63,856 bases of DNA, filler included, from Reticulomyxa filosa (GCA_000512085.1; 20 parts of 20 records of this genome joined end to end with filler, not necessarily neighbours in it); one strand, 5' to 3'; shown: positions 39,176 to 52,508, counted from the whole stretch's first letter. Numbers and translations: made by a program. The notes: generated from the sequence alone by a model not told the origin.

Positions 39176-40113
39176 TTGTTTGCTTGTTTGATAAAAATAG
39201 TTTGAAGACTTTGTCATACCTCCAATTCAAATTGACCATATTGGACGAAAGGAGCTCCAAAAGCGCAAAGAGGATGTGCTGACACATTTGTCCGCACGTC
39301 GAAGCCAGACAGAATTGGAGCAACGAGGCCTTTTGCCAAAAAATTACTTGGAGATGGTCGGTACAATACTTTTTCACTTTTGCAAACTGAACAGCAATAG
39401 GACAGGGACAGAGGGAGATCGAGTGTTCGTTTAGAAATGGGATACATAATACACATTGAAATGACAGGATAAAAGAGAGAGAGAGAGAGAGGGAGGGGAG
39501 AAGGAGGTGGATCATCCAAATAATAACAATAACAAAATCAGCTTTATCAAGGCGTACGTCCAGAAAATGAAATGAAAAGTGAAAAACGCAAAGCGAGACA
39601 ATCATTGCAGATAAATTTGAAGAAACGACCATCGTTGACAGAAATCCAACAACGAGTGGTTGTTCATCCCGTCTATTGGCAATTCGATGATCCAAATGCG
39701 GCAACGCAATTTCTACGTCAAGAGAGACAGATCATTGAAAAGAAATTGAATCAAAGCTTTTTACCCAATCGACACAAGGCCGAAGCATTTGTCAAAAAAT
39801 ATGAAGTTTCTTTTTTTTTTTTTTTTACAAATCAACAAATATATATACATATATGTATATATTTGATGAAAAGTGAAAATATAATATCAATATGAATTCA
39901 AAAAAAAAAAAAAAAAAAATGCAAAAGCAAGAGAGTATATCTAATCGAACACGTGAACGCAGATTGACTCAAGAATATTTGGATAACTTTTTAGAAGAAA
40001 GGTTTGAATTAGATGAAATGGTGCAACGGGGTATCTTAAAAATTCCAGAAGAAGACCTTGCAGAGTTTCTCAAAGGAGAGGAAAATGATGGTGTTGGAGA
40101 CATTGCATCAGAA
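38647..40113 (+). CDS. Acidic protein with RPEL-like (G-actin-binding) repeats, internal fragment
   Basis: 'LQINLKKRPSLTEIQQRVVV' and 'LDNFLEERFELDEMVQRGIL' fit the RPEL consensus. N-terminal poly-Glu. Confidence 0.55.
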
Positions 40114-40308
40114 GTTTCGTATTCTTTATTGCTCTTGTTATTATTGGATAAATGTGCATCTTTGCATGGTTATAAACACATTTTTTTTTTTTTTTTTTTA
40201 TTTATAGANNNNNNNNNNNNNNNNNNNNNNNNNNNNNNNNNNNNNNNNNNNNTTAATTAATTAANNNNNNNNNNNNNNNNNNNNNNNNNNNNNNNNNNNN
40301 NNNNNNNN

Positions 40309-42250
40309 ACTGGTTGGGGCTTGCACAAGCAGCGCCATGGGTTGGTCGCATTGCAAAGTGGCGGAATCATTCCAAGCAAACACTCTTTGAACCAATCCCC
40401 ACAAATGGATGGTTTGTGGCTGTGAGATCACATTGGCATCCAATTGCAAATGCGTCAATTGCGATATGATATTGGAGCAATCCCAAGAGTCGACATCCAA
40501 TGGATCGCTAATTTCCATTGGTACATTTGCAATTCGATCCTGTTCCATTTCCTTGGACATGATTGGTGCAATATCTATTCCATCATTGCCATCACCATTG
40601 TTATTCAAAGTAGTCTTGTCCCTCGCTAGTGCGTCCATCATGATGTTAAGTCCCAGGTCATTGGATAAGGCGCTTTCAATCGACTCAAGATTCACGCACT
40701 CGAACTTGTTCCATAGCTCCGGCTCCAGTGTCAAAGGGAATGCGTCATAGTCGGATATGCTCGAAGTGACCTCGGAGCTTGCCACTGTGTAAAACGCGTT
40801 GGACAGCAGCGGCAAAGGGATACGTTCGCTTTGTGGATTGTGATCTCCTGCGATGAACATGCACGTGTAAGGAGGAAAGATGCGGATAAAGTCAGACACA
40901 CGCAGTCTTCGTTTTTCCACCAAGCGCGAGCGCAAAATCAAGCTAAAGTGCTTGCAGCTCGTCTGTCTAATCACATTGGACAGTTCGTTGCTAACACAAA
41001 TGGTCCAATATAAGTCATACATTTTGTATTTCGTCACTAGCTCATTGTTCCATTGCCGTACACATATGCACACAAATACATAGCTGTAGATGTAAAGGAA
41101 TTATATGTACACATATACATATTTAATATAAATAGATATGTATATGTAATGTTACAAAGAAAAAAAAAAAACAAAGACAAAATAAACTGTGAACCACTCT
41201 GGCATTAATGGTTTGATCGGCGGTGAGTACATTAACACCAGCGAGATTGTGAATGGATTCAATTCCAAAATCGGTGGGGTCGATAGGTTTATCGCTGTCA
41301 AAAGCGGTTCTTTTATTGTAATAGCCTTCAATATCATTTCGAAGCTGTTCCACCATGTGCATGATGCCGTCGGCGACCCTGGGGTTGACATAACCTTTGC
41401 GCCTGGCCCGATTCCATGCGGACTTGAACGGAGAGATATGATTGGCACCATCGACAGCAGGATGGTGTGGAGTGGACGGATGAAAAGCTTCGGGATTGGG
41501 CTGAGTCAGCAAAGGAGGGGGTGTGTTTCGGTTGTCGTCGTTGCTGTCAATGTCCGAGCCATAGTAATGTTCCTGCCATTGCGCAATTTTCTTTTCCACC
41601 GCCTCGACCCACGGTACATGTTCGTTGGCGCCTTGCACGTCTTGAGATTGGCGCACCGTCCGTGGCGAAGAGTACTTTTGAGATGAGAGAGGAATAGCAT
41701 TCAGTTCCTCCACGTGTTCCAGCCACGTGCGTTTTGTGCCTTGTCGCTTTGTTTTTTTGTTATCCTCTTTTGTTTGAGGTCGCTTTGACTTTTGATTTTG
41801 TTGTTGATGTTGTCGTTGATGTTGTCGTTGATGTGTTGTTGATGTTGATGTGGAATGTACTTAGTTTTATCATGAATCATGGCACCCCAAGTCTTGTTTT
41901 TTTCTTCTTCTCTTTTTCCATTTGCTTCGACTGTGCCAACAATTTCGAGGCCACTTGCATCAGATCACCGTGATAGTTGTTCTTGTCGTGTTCCATCTGT
42001 CCTCGCAAACGCGTGGGCCTGTATTCAGCCTGGGGCTTCGGCGCCTTCCAATATCTCCCTTTCGATTCGCTTTCCTTTTCCTTTTGCAGCTGTCTTTGCT
42101 TTCGATTGTGTCTTCTTCGTCGATCCTCCGCCATTTGCTTTTCCAAATCCAATTCCATCTGCTCCATTTCTATCGTGTCATTATCATCCATCATTGTATC
42201 ATCGTTTGGATATCTTGTTTGTTCCATCTCATTTTCTTCTTCTATTACTT
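40309..42250 (-). CDS. Hypothetical multi-exon protein, internal fragment
   Basis: Long coding-like ORFs 41877-42305, 41123-41713 and 40261-41073 separated by AT-rich introns. No recognised domain. Confidence 0.5.
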
Positions 42251-42406
42251 CTTTTTTTCCCCCTTTTTTCCAACCCCCTTTCAATACACACACACAAACT
42301 ACCACANNNNNNNNNNNNNNNNNNNNNNNNNNNNNNNNNNNNNNNNNNNNTTAATTAATTAANNNNNNNNNNNNNNNNNNNNNNNNNNNNNNNNNNNNNN
42401 NNNNNN

Positions 42407-42449
<43 letters not shown>

Positions 42450-42473
42450 CAATGATTGATCTTTTTGAAATAG

Positions 42474-43049
42474 ATGGCTTGACGAAAAAGACAAAAGCTA
42501 TTATCCAGATTTGAAAGACACCACTCTCATCATATCGAATGTTTACAAGGCCAATGTATACAATAGCAACGACATACCCAATCACAAAAAACACATGGTT
42601 ACACCGTTGCCCACCGATTTCCCACATGAAAGGGCCAGCGTCGAAAAAATTAAACCGACGAGTACGATCGCAAGCGTGAATGCTCACGCAGGTCAGTCTC
42701 AACCTGTGCACTTCACTGAAGAAATTAAAATGCATCTCATTCAATTCTTGCTCCAACATATCACCTTCTCTGGATGTGTATGTTCTATTGCTTTTTTTGT
42801 TTCATCAACTAATCATATTTATTTATTTATGTGAATAATGGCTAACAGATCTCTGATCGAGAAGAAAAAAAACAACTCGCGAATCGAATTAGTGAAAAAA
42901 TATTACATGGCTACGATAACATGAAAAATCCGATGGAGTGGAAGCGATTTTTCCAACAAAAAAAATTCAAAATCCAAGAATTTTGTAATTCTTATCTCCA
43001 AAAACACATATTAAAGAATCAAAAAGAACATCACCCCAAACAACAATAA
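42474..43049 (+). CDS. C-terminal fragment with an SRI (Set2-Rpb1 interacting)-like domain
   Basis: Spliced (phase 0) 'FTEEIKMHLIQFLLQHITFSGC|ISDREEKKQLANRISEKILHGY...KKFKIQEFCNSYLQKH' follows the three-helix SRI pattern. Confidence 0.45.
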
Positions 43050-44926
43050 ATGGCCGATCGGAATTTACAAGGCAAAAACAAAAACAAAAACAAAACAAAA
43101 AAATTTACAATTTTCCAAAAGATTGTTTGTGCCATTCCTCCCCTTTGACGTAAAGAGTTAGAACACTCAATCCCTCTCTTGCTCTCTCTCTCTCTCTTAC
43201 GAGAGAAGCACTCGGAAATAAGGAGAGAAAATATTATGTTAAACAACTTAAAAAATGACGGAAGAAAAAAAAGTTTCCTTGTTTGGTGATTGCATCCCCA
43301 TGTTTTCTTTATTCCTTTGATTTTTCCTTTCTTTTTGATGTATGTGCGTGTGGTTTCCGATGCATTTCATCTAGATCACAAATAAAAACAGAAACAATAG
43401 TGAAAGTGAATTGTAAACAAATACAAAGATGAAGACAAACAAATGATGATAATAAAAAAAGTTTTTTGATTACACCAATTGTATTTGGAATACAATAGAC
43501 TTGACCCAAGGAGGGAAGTCAAGAGAAAGAAGGAGAAATGCACAAAAATGACTGAATCCGATTTGATTGAGTTATTTTTAGTGTGAAAAAAAACATCTGA
43601 TTTTAAAAAAAAAAGAAAGAATCGTTAAAGAGTGCCCTCATTTTGTTTAGTTTATTTTATTTTGTTTCTCATTTTTTCATTGCCCGTTTAGCTAAGTGAA
43701 GAAATATCTAAGTCATCAAATTTTTTTTATTAATGTTTTAGGACTATCAAACAAGAAGAATATTAAACGAGAAAGTTAGAACAAGATTGCAGTAATTGGT
43801 GGTGGTTGGAAAGAAATATTCGATTTATGGGCTTAATATCATATCCACCGTTGTATATAGTCAGATAAGCACTCTACTCGATAACGGGCTGTGTCGTGTT
43901 ATATTTCTTTTGGATTTTAATTCCTTTTTTTCTTTCCTTTGTTACTAAGAACTGTGTTGTACGACCACAACTGGCATAAGGAACAGTTAATTGGTTCCAA
44001 TTAATTTGATCCCATATAATATAACTACTTTTTCAACCGAAGAATGCCCCATTCTTAGCATGGCCCAGGCTTTTAGATAATGTTGTTGGCGTTAACCTGA
44101 TTGCTTCCACGGCCAGTCGTTGAAGACGCGCAACACATGTTTGTACAGTCTTAGCGCTCATCAATCCCCGATTACTTGGCTTGTAACATAATTTTTGCTG
44201 TTGGGTGTTGACAGAAAATTGTCATAAACCATCATTCATGATGTTGAATAGAACGTATGATATTTTTTTTAGTCCTTTTACCCCTTTGTTTTCATTTTCA
44301 GGTGCTCCATTATTACGTTTAAAATGTTTAATAAATATTTTATTTAAATTTAATAAGAAATTCCTCAATGAATACAATACAAATTTGTAAGTAACAACAA
44401 ACATACTCAAAGTAAGAAACATAAAAGTGAGTTTTTCTGTTATGGATACGAAATTGATTTTGGAAAATATGTTGACCACGTTCTACACAATGTCTACAAA
44501 AAATGTTGGAAATGCAATTTGCATGCAATTGCACAAAAACGTTAAAATCGAATTTTTTGCCGTCTTCAGAATTTAAACAGCTAATATATGTTCAAAAGCA
44601 CTTCTAATTTACTCTTAAAAAGTTTTGATTGAATCTTATTTTTTATAAAAGAAACTAATCGTTATAAAGTATTAATAAATGAAAAATATAATTAAGTAAG
44701 CAACTGGTGTATTTCATCCTCACTCACAGTTACATCACTTTATATTAATGAATATTATCTCATGGTAATTTTTTGAGTTTTGTTTTATTAATGCCCCACA
44801 ATACTTTTTTGTTCAGCTAATTACTTCTGTCACATATGCAATGTTAATCTTATAAAACTGATCATCTGTTACTCTGAACACCAAAGCGTGACCTCAAAAA
44901 AAAATAATAAAAATAAATAATAAAAG

Positions 44927-46084
44927 ATGGGTAACTGTGGCTCAAACAATGATGACAAACATGGGGAAGGAACACCAGAGTATGAAGAAATGGCAAAATA
45001 TGCAACAATAGACAATAAAATAGGAGAGATGATGGTAAATGAGCAGAGACAAGACAGCCGTGTCAAGAGATTGCTGCTTCTGGGCGCGGGGAGTAGTGGA
45101 AAATCAACATTATTTAAGCAGCTGAAATGTATCAATAAGAAAGATAGCGGAGAAATATTTGATAGTCTAGAATATACAGAAGGAAGAGCGACAATCCGTC
45201 GAAATTGTCTAACTGGTATCTTGTTATTGTTGAAGAAGTCTCAAGAGCTTGCAGACCGAGTTAAGAAAATTGGAAAAAAAAAAAAGTTATGTATTTGAAT
45301 TGTCAATGAAATGAAAAACAAACAAATAAATAACAATGAAGTTTCCCGACCAATACAAAGATATGAGAGTAAAATTAGATACAAATGTAGACGACATAAA
45401 TGATGAGAAGGAATCTAAAATGATAAAAGACATTAAGTTATGCATGGCCTTTTATCGAGAGCTGTTCGATGGTGACTTGAATCAAATGACAAAAGAAGAG
45501 TGTCAAAGTGTATTGACAACTCAAGAACAAAATGATGACCCTGACTTTATTGAGCAATGGCTTCGTTTCGTAAAACAAAACAAATTTTTTTTTATTATTA
45601 TTATTAAAAAAATGCCCCCTTTTTTTAAAAAAAAAAAAAAAATGGACAAAAAAAAAAATAGTTGAAACGTACTCGAAAGGTGTAGATCAAGTTCTAAATG
45701 GTGACCCGCTCCTTTTGAACTGGAAATTAATGCAAGGATTGGCACACGCAATAGAAAGACTATGGGCAAACGACATTTGGAAAAAAACATATCAATTGCG
45801 AGGGGTGGTCAAATATGCAATAATTGAAAACATTGACTACTTTTTTGATCGTGTCCGTCTCTTGTTTCAGCAAAGCTACTACCCAACCACCGAAGACATG
45901 CTCAAGGTTCGCATTCGCACCACTGGCATCACCAACGCGTTTTATGAGGCCGATAAAAACAGAAATTTTTTTTTGCATATTTTTGACGTTGGTTTGCAAA
46001 CTTTATTATTATTTCCTATCCTTTTTTTATGTTTATATATGTATCTCTGCCTATATAACTATATAACAATGTCTGTATCGTGGA

Positions 46085-46116
<32 letters not shown>

Positions 46117-46411
46117 GGTGGACAAAGAAGCGAAAGAAAAAAATGGATTAATCAATTTGCAAATATAACCGGAATTATATTTATGGTGCGTACATTCGTG
46201 TATATTCTCTCTCTCTTTCTTTATGTGTGTGTGCGTGTGTGGGTATATTAGCATTTTTCTTTTGACAACACAATGGAATCATCTTGTCGGACATTATATA
46301 CACTACTACATGTCACCCCTTCCCTTCTTCTCCTCTCCCTCAATCCCATTTTCAATTGAAACAAAAATCAGGCCGCTTTAAATCATTACTGTGCTGTGTT
46401 ATTTGAAGATG
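44927..46411 (+). CDS. Heterotrimeric G-protein alpha subunit, 3'-truncated, 5 exons visible
   Basis: MGNCGS myristoylation/palmitoylation start. P-loop 'LLLLGAGSSGKST', switch I 'VRIRTTGI', 'DVG|GQRSERKKW', 'AALNHYCAVLFED'. Confidence 0.92.
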
Positions 46412-46562
46412 GTACTTATTGAAGAGTTCGAACGAGAGGAAGAGCAACAGAGAGAGAGAGAGNNNNNNNNNNNNNNNNNNNNNNNNNNNNNNNNNNNNNN
46501 NNNNNNTTAATTAATTAANNNNNNNNNNNNNNNNNNNNNNNNNNNNNNNNNNNNNNNNNNNN

Positions 46563-46599
<37 letters not shown>

Positions 46600-46612
46600 C
46601 AAAACATAATAG

Positions 46613-46814
46613 GTTCATTCCTCCAGAGTACAATGTTCGTGACACAGGTCCGTTTTTGGGAGAGCGTCTGTACTACGAGGCGTCTCAAGTCCCGTTGGAG
46701 GGAGGATGGTCTCGTTTGCTCTCCAAATTGCCACAGACAAAATTGAATGTTTTAATGTCGAAGCCACCACCCACTGGGTTTGTCTCTCTCTCTCTCTCTC
46801 TCTATCTCTTTGGA

Positions 46815-46845
<31 letters not shown>

Positions 46846-47432
46846 AAATGTTTTAACCCTTTTGTTTCGACAATAGATTGCGGACGAAAATCGTGTGGCT
46901 GAAGACACTCCAAGAACTCGTGTCTTCTGAAATTGTAGAGTTTGAAAAGTCTGGCTACGAAGTGGACGACGATGGATATGCGGTATTGCGCAGAGTGAGC
47001 TCGGAGAAGAAAGCACAGAGCGACGAGGAAAAAGGACAACACGGCGAAAAAGAAAACGAAAACGAAAATAAAAAAGAAAAAAAAGACAAAGACAAAGAAA
47101 AAGAAAAAGAAAAAGAAAAAGAACAAAGGCAAGACAAAACGGAAAAAACATCGTCCACAAACGATCCCAATAAAAGCTCCAAAAGCACTGCCAAAAAAAC
47201 TGTTCGCTTTGCTGAGGCTGAAGAAGAGGAAGAGGAAGAGGAAGAGGAAGAAGAGGAGGAGGAGGAGGAACCCAGTGTACCTCGCCATATTCCAAAAAAA
47301 ATTCACAAACGCACCTTTTCTAAAAAGGACTTGTCCAAAATTGCCAATGCCTTGAAAGAGCTCGAAGGCGAGCTGGGCAACGATAGAGAACCAAAGGAGC
47401 TAAATAGTGACGAGGAAAATGGCTTGGAATGA
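46613..47432 (+). CDS. C-terminal fragment of a hypothetical protein with a K/E-rich tail
   Basis: Two exons join in phase ('SKPPPTG|LRTKIVWLKTLQEL'). Poly-E tract. Confidence 0.45.
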
Positions 47433-47799
47433 ACGATGTCAAACAAGGACGATGAAAATCAATTTTTTGACTTTCTTCACTGTGCTATATATGTTAGATC
47501 GATACTGCGTTGAAATAGGTTGGATATATTAAAAAAAAAGGTGTTTTGAGCATTTGTAATTACACTTGATTTAGTTGGTTGTATTTCATTGAAACAAGAC
47601 TCAAACACCAAATACTACAGTCACTTGTCTTAAGATTTTTTTTGTGGCAAAGCTCGATATTAACTTTTGAAAACCGAATATTTTTTTTTAAAAAAAAAAN
47701 NNNNNNNNNNNNNNNNNNNNNNNNNNNNNNNNNNNNNNNNNNNTTAATTAATTAANNNNNNNNNNNNNNNNNNNNNNNNNNNNNNNNNNNNNNNNNNNN

Positions 47800-48123
47800 G
47801 ATGACGATGACGATGAAAAGAGTCAAGCTGCCGGAAATACTGTGGAAAACATGATCATTTGTATTGCCGAAAACGAATTTACTGATAGATGGTTTGCCAA
47901 CTCGGAGATGTATGCAGTATTTCAGAAATTATACGAGGATCGTGTATCCTCGGATTGTCCAAAGACGTTTACTTGCTTCGAAAGAATCATTCGCACAATG
48001 AAACGTCCCAATAGTCGAAAGAAAGTGTTTCACCGAGAAATCCGACGGAATATTTACCACTATTATTTTTGCTTGGCTCCTGAGGGTTGTGATGAATGCC
48101 ACAAAAAGAAATCAATTCGATGA
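47800..48123 (+). CDS. C-terminal fragment of a hypothetical protein
   Basis: Frame is open from the contig start. Ends in the Cys cluster 'FCLAPEGCDECH'. Confidence 0.35.
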   Translation, partial: DDDDDEKSQAAGNTVENMIICIAENEFTDRWFANSEMYAVFQKLYEDRVSSDCPKTFTCFERIIRTMKRPNSRKKVFHREIRRNIYHYYFCLAPEGCDECHKKKSIR

Positions 48124-48588
48124 TATAGATTCCGAAGTATCTTTGAAATCTTGTCATCTTGCTCGACAAATAGTCGTGTTTCAATGATGCAATGAGACTG
48201 ACTTAAAATGTGGAGCACATTGTTATCTGTGTATATGCACTCATACAGTCAAGAAAATCACAAATTACTTCTAATCAACTGCAAAAATGGTTATGGAAGA
48301 ACTAATATTTTTAAATTTTTGACGTGTCTTTTGGAGTTTACGAAAAATACGAGATCACGTAATGTTGTTGGCCTTAAGATCAGAACGAATCATTACTTTT
48401 TTCAAAAAAAGAGGAAAATGTGACTTTTTCATGATTTTCTGACTTTTATTAAAAATCAACATTTTGATTCTCCAGGATGCGTAAATATCATTTAAAAAAA
48501 GGATTGAAAAAAGATTTATTTTTCATAATAAACTTATAAATGTTTTTAGTATTCATTTAAGTGTGATCTCTTTTTGTTGCTGTTTTTT

Positions 48589-49838
48589 TCATGTACATTT
48601 TCGAATTTTATTTTGCCCAACAAAATGATAAGGAAAGTTGTGAGTGCTGATTACCATTGTGGGAGGATGATTGGCCAAGGTAATATGTGGCTCATATTGC
48701 AGACCAATTTTTGCAGTTCTGACAAACATATCAGGATCTAAGAGACATTCTTTGGTTGTTTTGTTTTCAGTTTCTTCTCTCAACATTTTTTCTTGATATT
48801 TTTGGAATATTTCATATCGCAATTGTCTTTGCAAGTCATAAATTTCCAAGTGTCGGAGCTCTTCTTTTGCACATGCTACATCTTTTTGATCAATCCCAGT
48901 ATTGACCCCTTGTGGTTTTAATGCAGGATTTGTATTGAATTCGTTCAGATAATCTCTTAGAATATCTCTTCTTCGAATCATTTTTTGATAGCGATTGCAT
49001 TCATTTTGATACACCAACTCTTCAATACGATTAGGGATCCGTGGTTTTGCTTTGTTATTTGTATCCACTCCATTTTGTCGATCTGCGGACATTAGAGCAG
49101 GACACATTTGAGGAATATATTTGTATGAGAATAGACAGCTCGATGTTGAGTCATTGCCCTGAAATGGATCGATATAACTGCGTTGATGGCTCTGTTTGTT
49201 TTAATTAAAAAAAAAAAGAATGCAAATAACGGAACAGTGACCAATTTGTAAAAGTAATTATCTTTAACATGTGGGTTATGAGCACCATGAACTAATTCAG
49301 AAAGACGATTAGATACTGGCAAATCCCTTGATAACAATCGATATGCTTTGATTTGTGATTTCATTTGAATCAATTGTGGCCATAAGTAATCACACCATAA
49401 TATTTGATGAGGAGTTATTATTGCGTCCATTTCTTCGTATAGGCTTCGTTGGTCGTTTTTCGTTTCTGCATTTTTGGGGTCCTTTTTTGTATGTATTCCA
49501 AAGATACAAATACATGCGAAAAAGCGCTATTTTTCTCCCCCAAGAGTTTTGAACGAAAAAAATACCAGTTTATGCCTCAGAAACTGATATGCGCGAAAAA
49601 TTAAGATGTCCAAAGTATGGTTCACAATTCCTTTTTGTTGGTAATGCTGAAACAATTGGAGCAGCAACTGGATTACCTCTGACGAGTATAATCTTTGTGT
49701 GTTGTTTAAAGCCACTTGTTGTGCTGATGATTGAGGCTGAGGATTAGGCTGTGAAGTTTCTGAAGTAGCGCCAGGTGCTTCACCCAAACGCCTCCTCTTT
49801 GCAGGAGGTTCTGCATCAGAATCATTCTTTCTTTTCAT
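48589..49838 (-). CDS. QLQ-domain protein resembling the Snf2/BRM N-terminus, no HSA/ATPase
   Basis: NLS 'MKRK...PPAKRRRL'. QLQ 'QLIQMKSQIKAYRLLSRDLPVS'. BRM-like helices 'ECNRYQKMIRRRDIL' and 'AKEELRHLEIYDLQRQLRYEI'. Three exons in phase 0, stop at 48589. Confidence 0.7.
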
Positions 49839-50711
49839 ATTCAAACTGAAAGGGGCAGAAAATTTGAAATTTCATTTCAACTGACGCAAACGTAGTCTAA
49901 TGTGTCTACGCGACAATACTAACTGGCCACATAGTGGCAGATAATACATCATATCAATATATGACGCACAACTTGCGATATTGTGCAAACTAAATGACTT
50001 GATGTAACAAAAGTTTCATCATATTTCAATATGTTCATAATTTGTATACACGTGCGCAAGATATCACTTTTTTCTTTATTTTTTAACACGGAATGATAAA
50101 CAACGCAAATGAAATCTTGTTTTTCTTGTAGTTTCCTCGAAAAAGTATTACACTCAGTAGACTCTGCATTTTCCTACAATATTAACTTTCTTTTATTCTA
50201 CTATATTTATTCATCCTGCTTATATGAGCCTTTTTGTTGTACAGATATTTTCAGAATTTCGAAATGTACGTAAGTATAACTTATAAAAACAAGAGCATAT
50301 TTTTAATCAAACGAATCATTTGAAAGAGTTCGGAAAATTGAAGAAAGATTGTCGCCAATAAAATGTAAAATATCACTCCTAATAAAAAAATGGATCTGCT
50401 CTCACGTAATATTTTTTTTAATGTCAACATTAATCTAGAAAAAAATAAAATAAAAACTTGACACATTCACTGATTCTTAAACATTTCCGGTTTGTGATTT
50501 TATTGGCTGTATGATAGAAAAAAAAGTAACTCTGCAAGCTCACACAAAACAATTCTTTTCAACTAAAAAAATTCTTTCTGTCTGAAATAAATAATAATGG
50601 ACGAATACAAGCAACAAAAGAAGCCGAAAAGGAGGAAATGACCCAAAAAAACATTTCAAAACAATGGAGCAAGAAGAAACTTCAATACAAAAAAAAAATT
50701 TATATTATGCA

Positions 50712-51235
50712 TTAAGGTAGTTCGTGTTGTGGTCGTGTGGAGACCTGGCCTGTGTTGTCATTTGCCATCTTTTTATTATGTTGTAGGTTAATTTGTGAAT
50801 GGACATTGTTATCATCTTCAAGCGAAGGAATTGATGAAATGAAATTACCTGACGCAATTTCATTTTGAATTTCCTGCATGACATCAGCTGGAAGATCATC
50901 AAGAATTGGCTGATTGTCATTTTTCAAATCATTGGGCGGATTTTCAAGCCAAGTTGCGGCTTCTTCTTCGTCAAAGCAAGGTTCAATATCTGCAAAATAT
51001 TGCTTGGAATTATCGATAATATTATCATCATTGCCATCACTACCAGACCAAGAAGTCTTGTAATTAGTGATCTTTGTACCGAATGTTTCGTGTGCGTCAG
51101 TGTGTTTTATATCTGTGTATATTTGTTTGAAGTGTCCCTCTTAGTAGTTTACTGTTTCTCATTCCTCCCCTCCCTTCTTTCTCTGTTTTGAAACTGAAGT
51201 CATTGTCATGATCATTATCATTGTCATTATCATTG
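50712..51235 (-). CDS. C-terminal fragment with a UBM-like motif
   Basis: 'ILDDLPADVMQEI' resembles the ubiquitin-binding motif (LPxD..xEI). Low-complexity context. Confidence 0.3.
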
Positions 51236-51376
51236 NNNNNNNNNNNNNNNNNNNNNNNNNNNNNNNNNNNNNNNNNNNNTTAATTAATTAANNNNNNNNN
51301 NNNNNNNNNNNNNNNNNNNNNNNNNNNNNNNNNNNTTCCACATTTCACACTGTAAGGACGAAATAGCCTATCTAAC

Positions 51377-51564
51377 CTGTTGTTCCGTGTGTAGAGTTAC
51401 AGAACCACTTGCTGCACTCGTTACAGTACACCAGACATTTCAGATCGTCTATGCCACAGTATGCACACTCAGGCATCCTTGTTTTGCCTTTCAGTCTCAA
51501 GTTCTCACGTTCGTCACTGTTTTGGTTTGTTAGGTTGCCATTTCAAGCCGTACGACATTTCCAT
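51377..51564 (-). CDS. UPF1: UPF1/NAM7 N-terminal CH zinc-binding domain (first exon only)
   Basis: 'ECAYCGIDDLKCLVYCNECSKWFCNSTHGTTG' matches the UPF1 CH-domain pattern CxYCGI..C.V.C..C.KWFCN. Followed by a GTTAG donor. One A-run frameshift at ~51541. Not in the ORF track. Confidence 0.8.
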
Positions 51565-52475
51565 CGTGGTCACTGAACTGTTGAGTTTATAAAAAGTTAA
51601 AAGCGACAAAAAAAATTTACAAAAAAAACAACTAATGTCAACAATCAATCAGACGAAAACGAAACACAATGTTACAATAAACAATGTGAAAAGTTTATGA
51701 GAGGAATATTAAAGTGGATAAAGGGGTTCTAAAGTCGAATTAACGTGTTTCTCTACTAACTAGACTATTAATATTGTGCTATTTTGCAGTAATCGGGTTT
51801 ATTATCAATATGTTCAGCCCACGAAATTATACGTGCTAATCAAAATTTTTTTGTATGCAAGATGTTTGTTATTGTAAACACCAACTTACTGGTCGTAACA
51901 AAGTCCTAAGAGAACTAAGTTTTTAAATTTTGTTTCTTAACTTAATTTTTGCCGTTATTTTATTTTCAAATAAAGAAACAGAGCAACAAACTGACAACTT
52001 CTATAACAAAATTTTTTGTTAAAACTTTGGACGGATAGTGCCCTGTCATAACGATAATATTCAAAAGGATATAGAGCCATAGGAAATGGGTTGTTGTGCA
52101 TCATATCCAGAATTAAAGAATGACGATAGGATATCAAAAGAATTACGGGAGGACAGACAGGACAGAAGTAAAACCGTGTTCTCAATCATGGGCAATGGTT
52201 TGAAAAAAAAAGGATAGACACACTAAAAAAAAACAAAATAAAAAAAAAGCGCTAAACAAGCCAATAAGGGGTCTGAACGATTATGAAAAATAAAATAAAA
52301 TAAGATAGAGCAAACAGGAAAGTCAACAGTAATGAAACAGCTCAAACAAAATTATGACATCGGCATACCTATCGCACTAGCCAAGACCCAAATTAGTCGG
52401 CAAGTCATCGGCCAAATGAAGTTATTGCTATCATTGGCCAGAAGATCAGATCAATTGAATCAGCACAAAGTTTGT

Positions 52476-52508
<33 letters not shown>

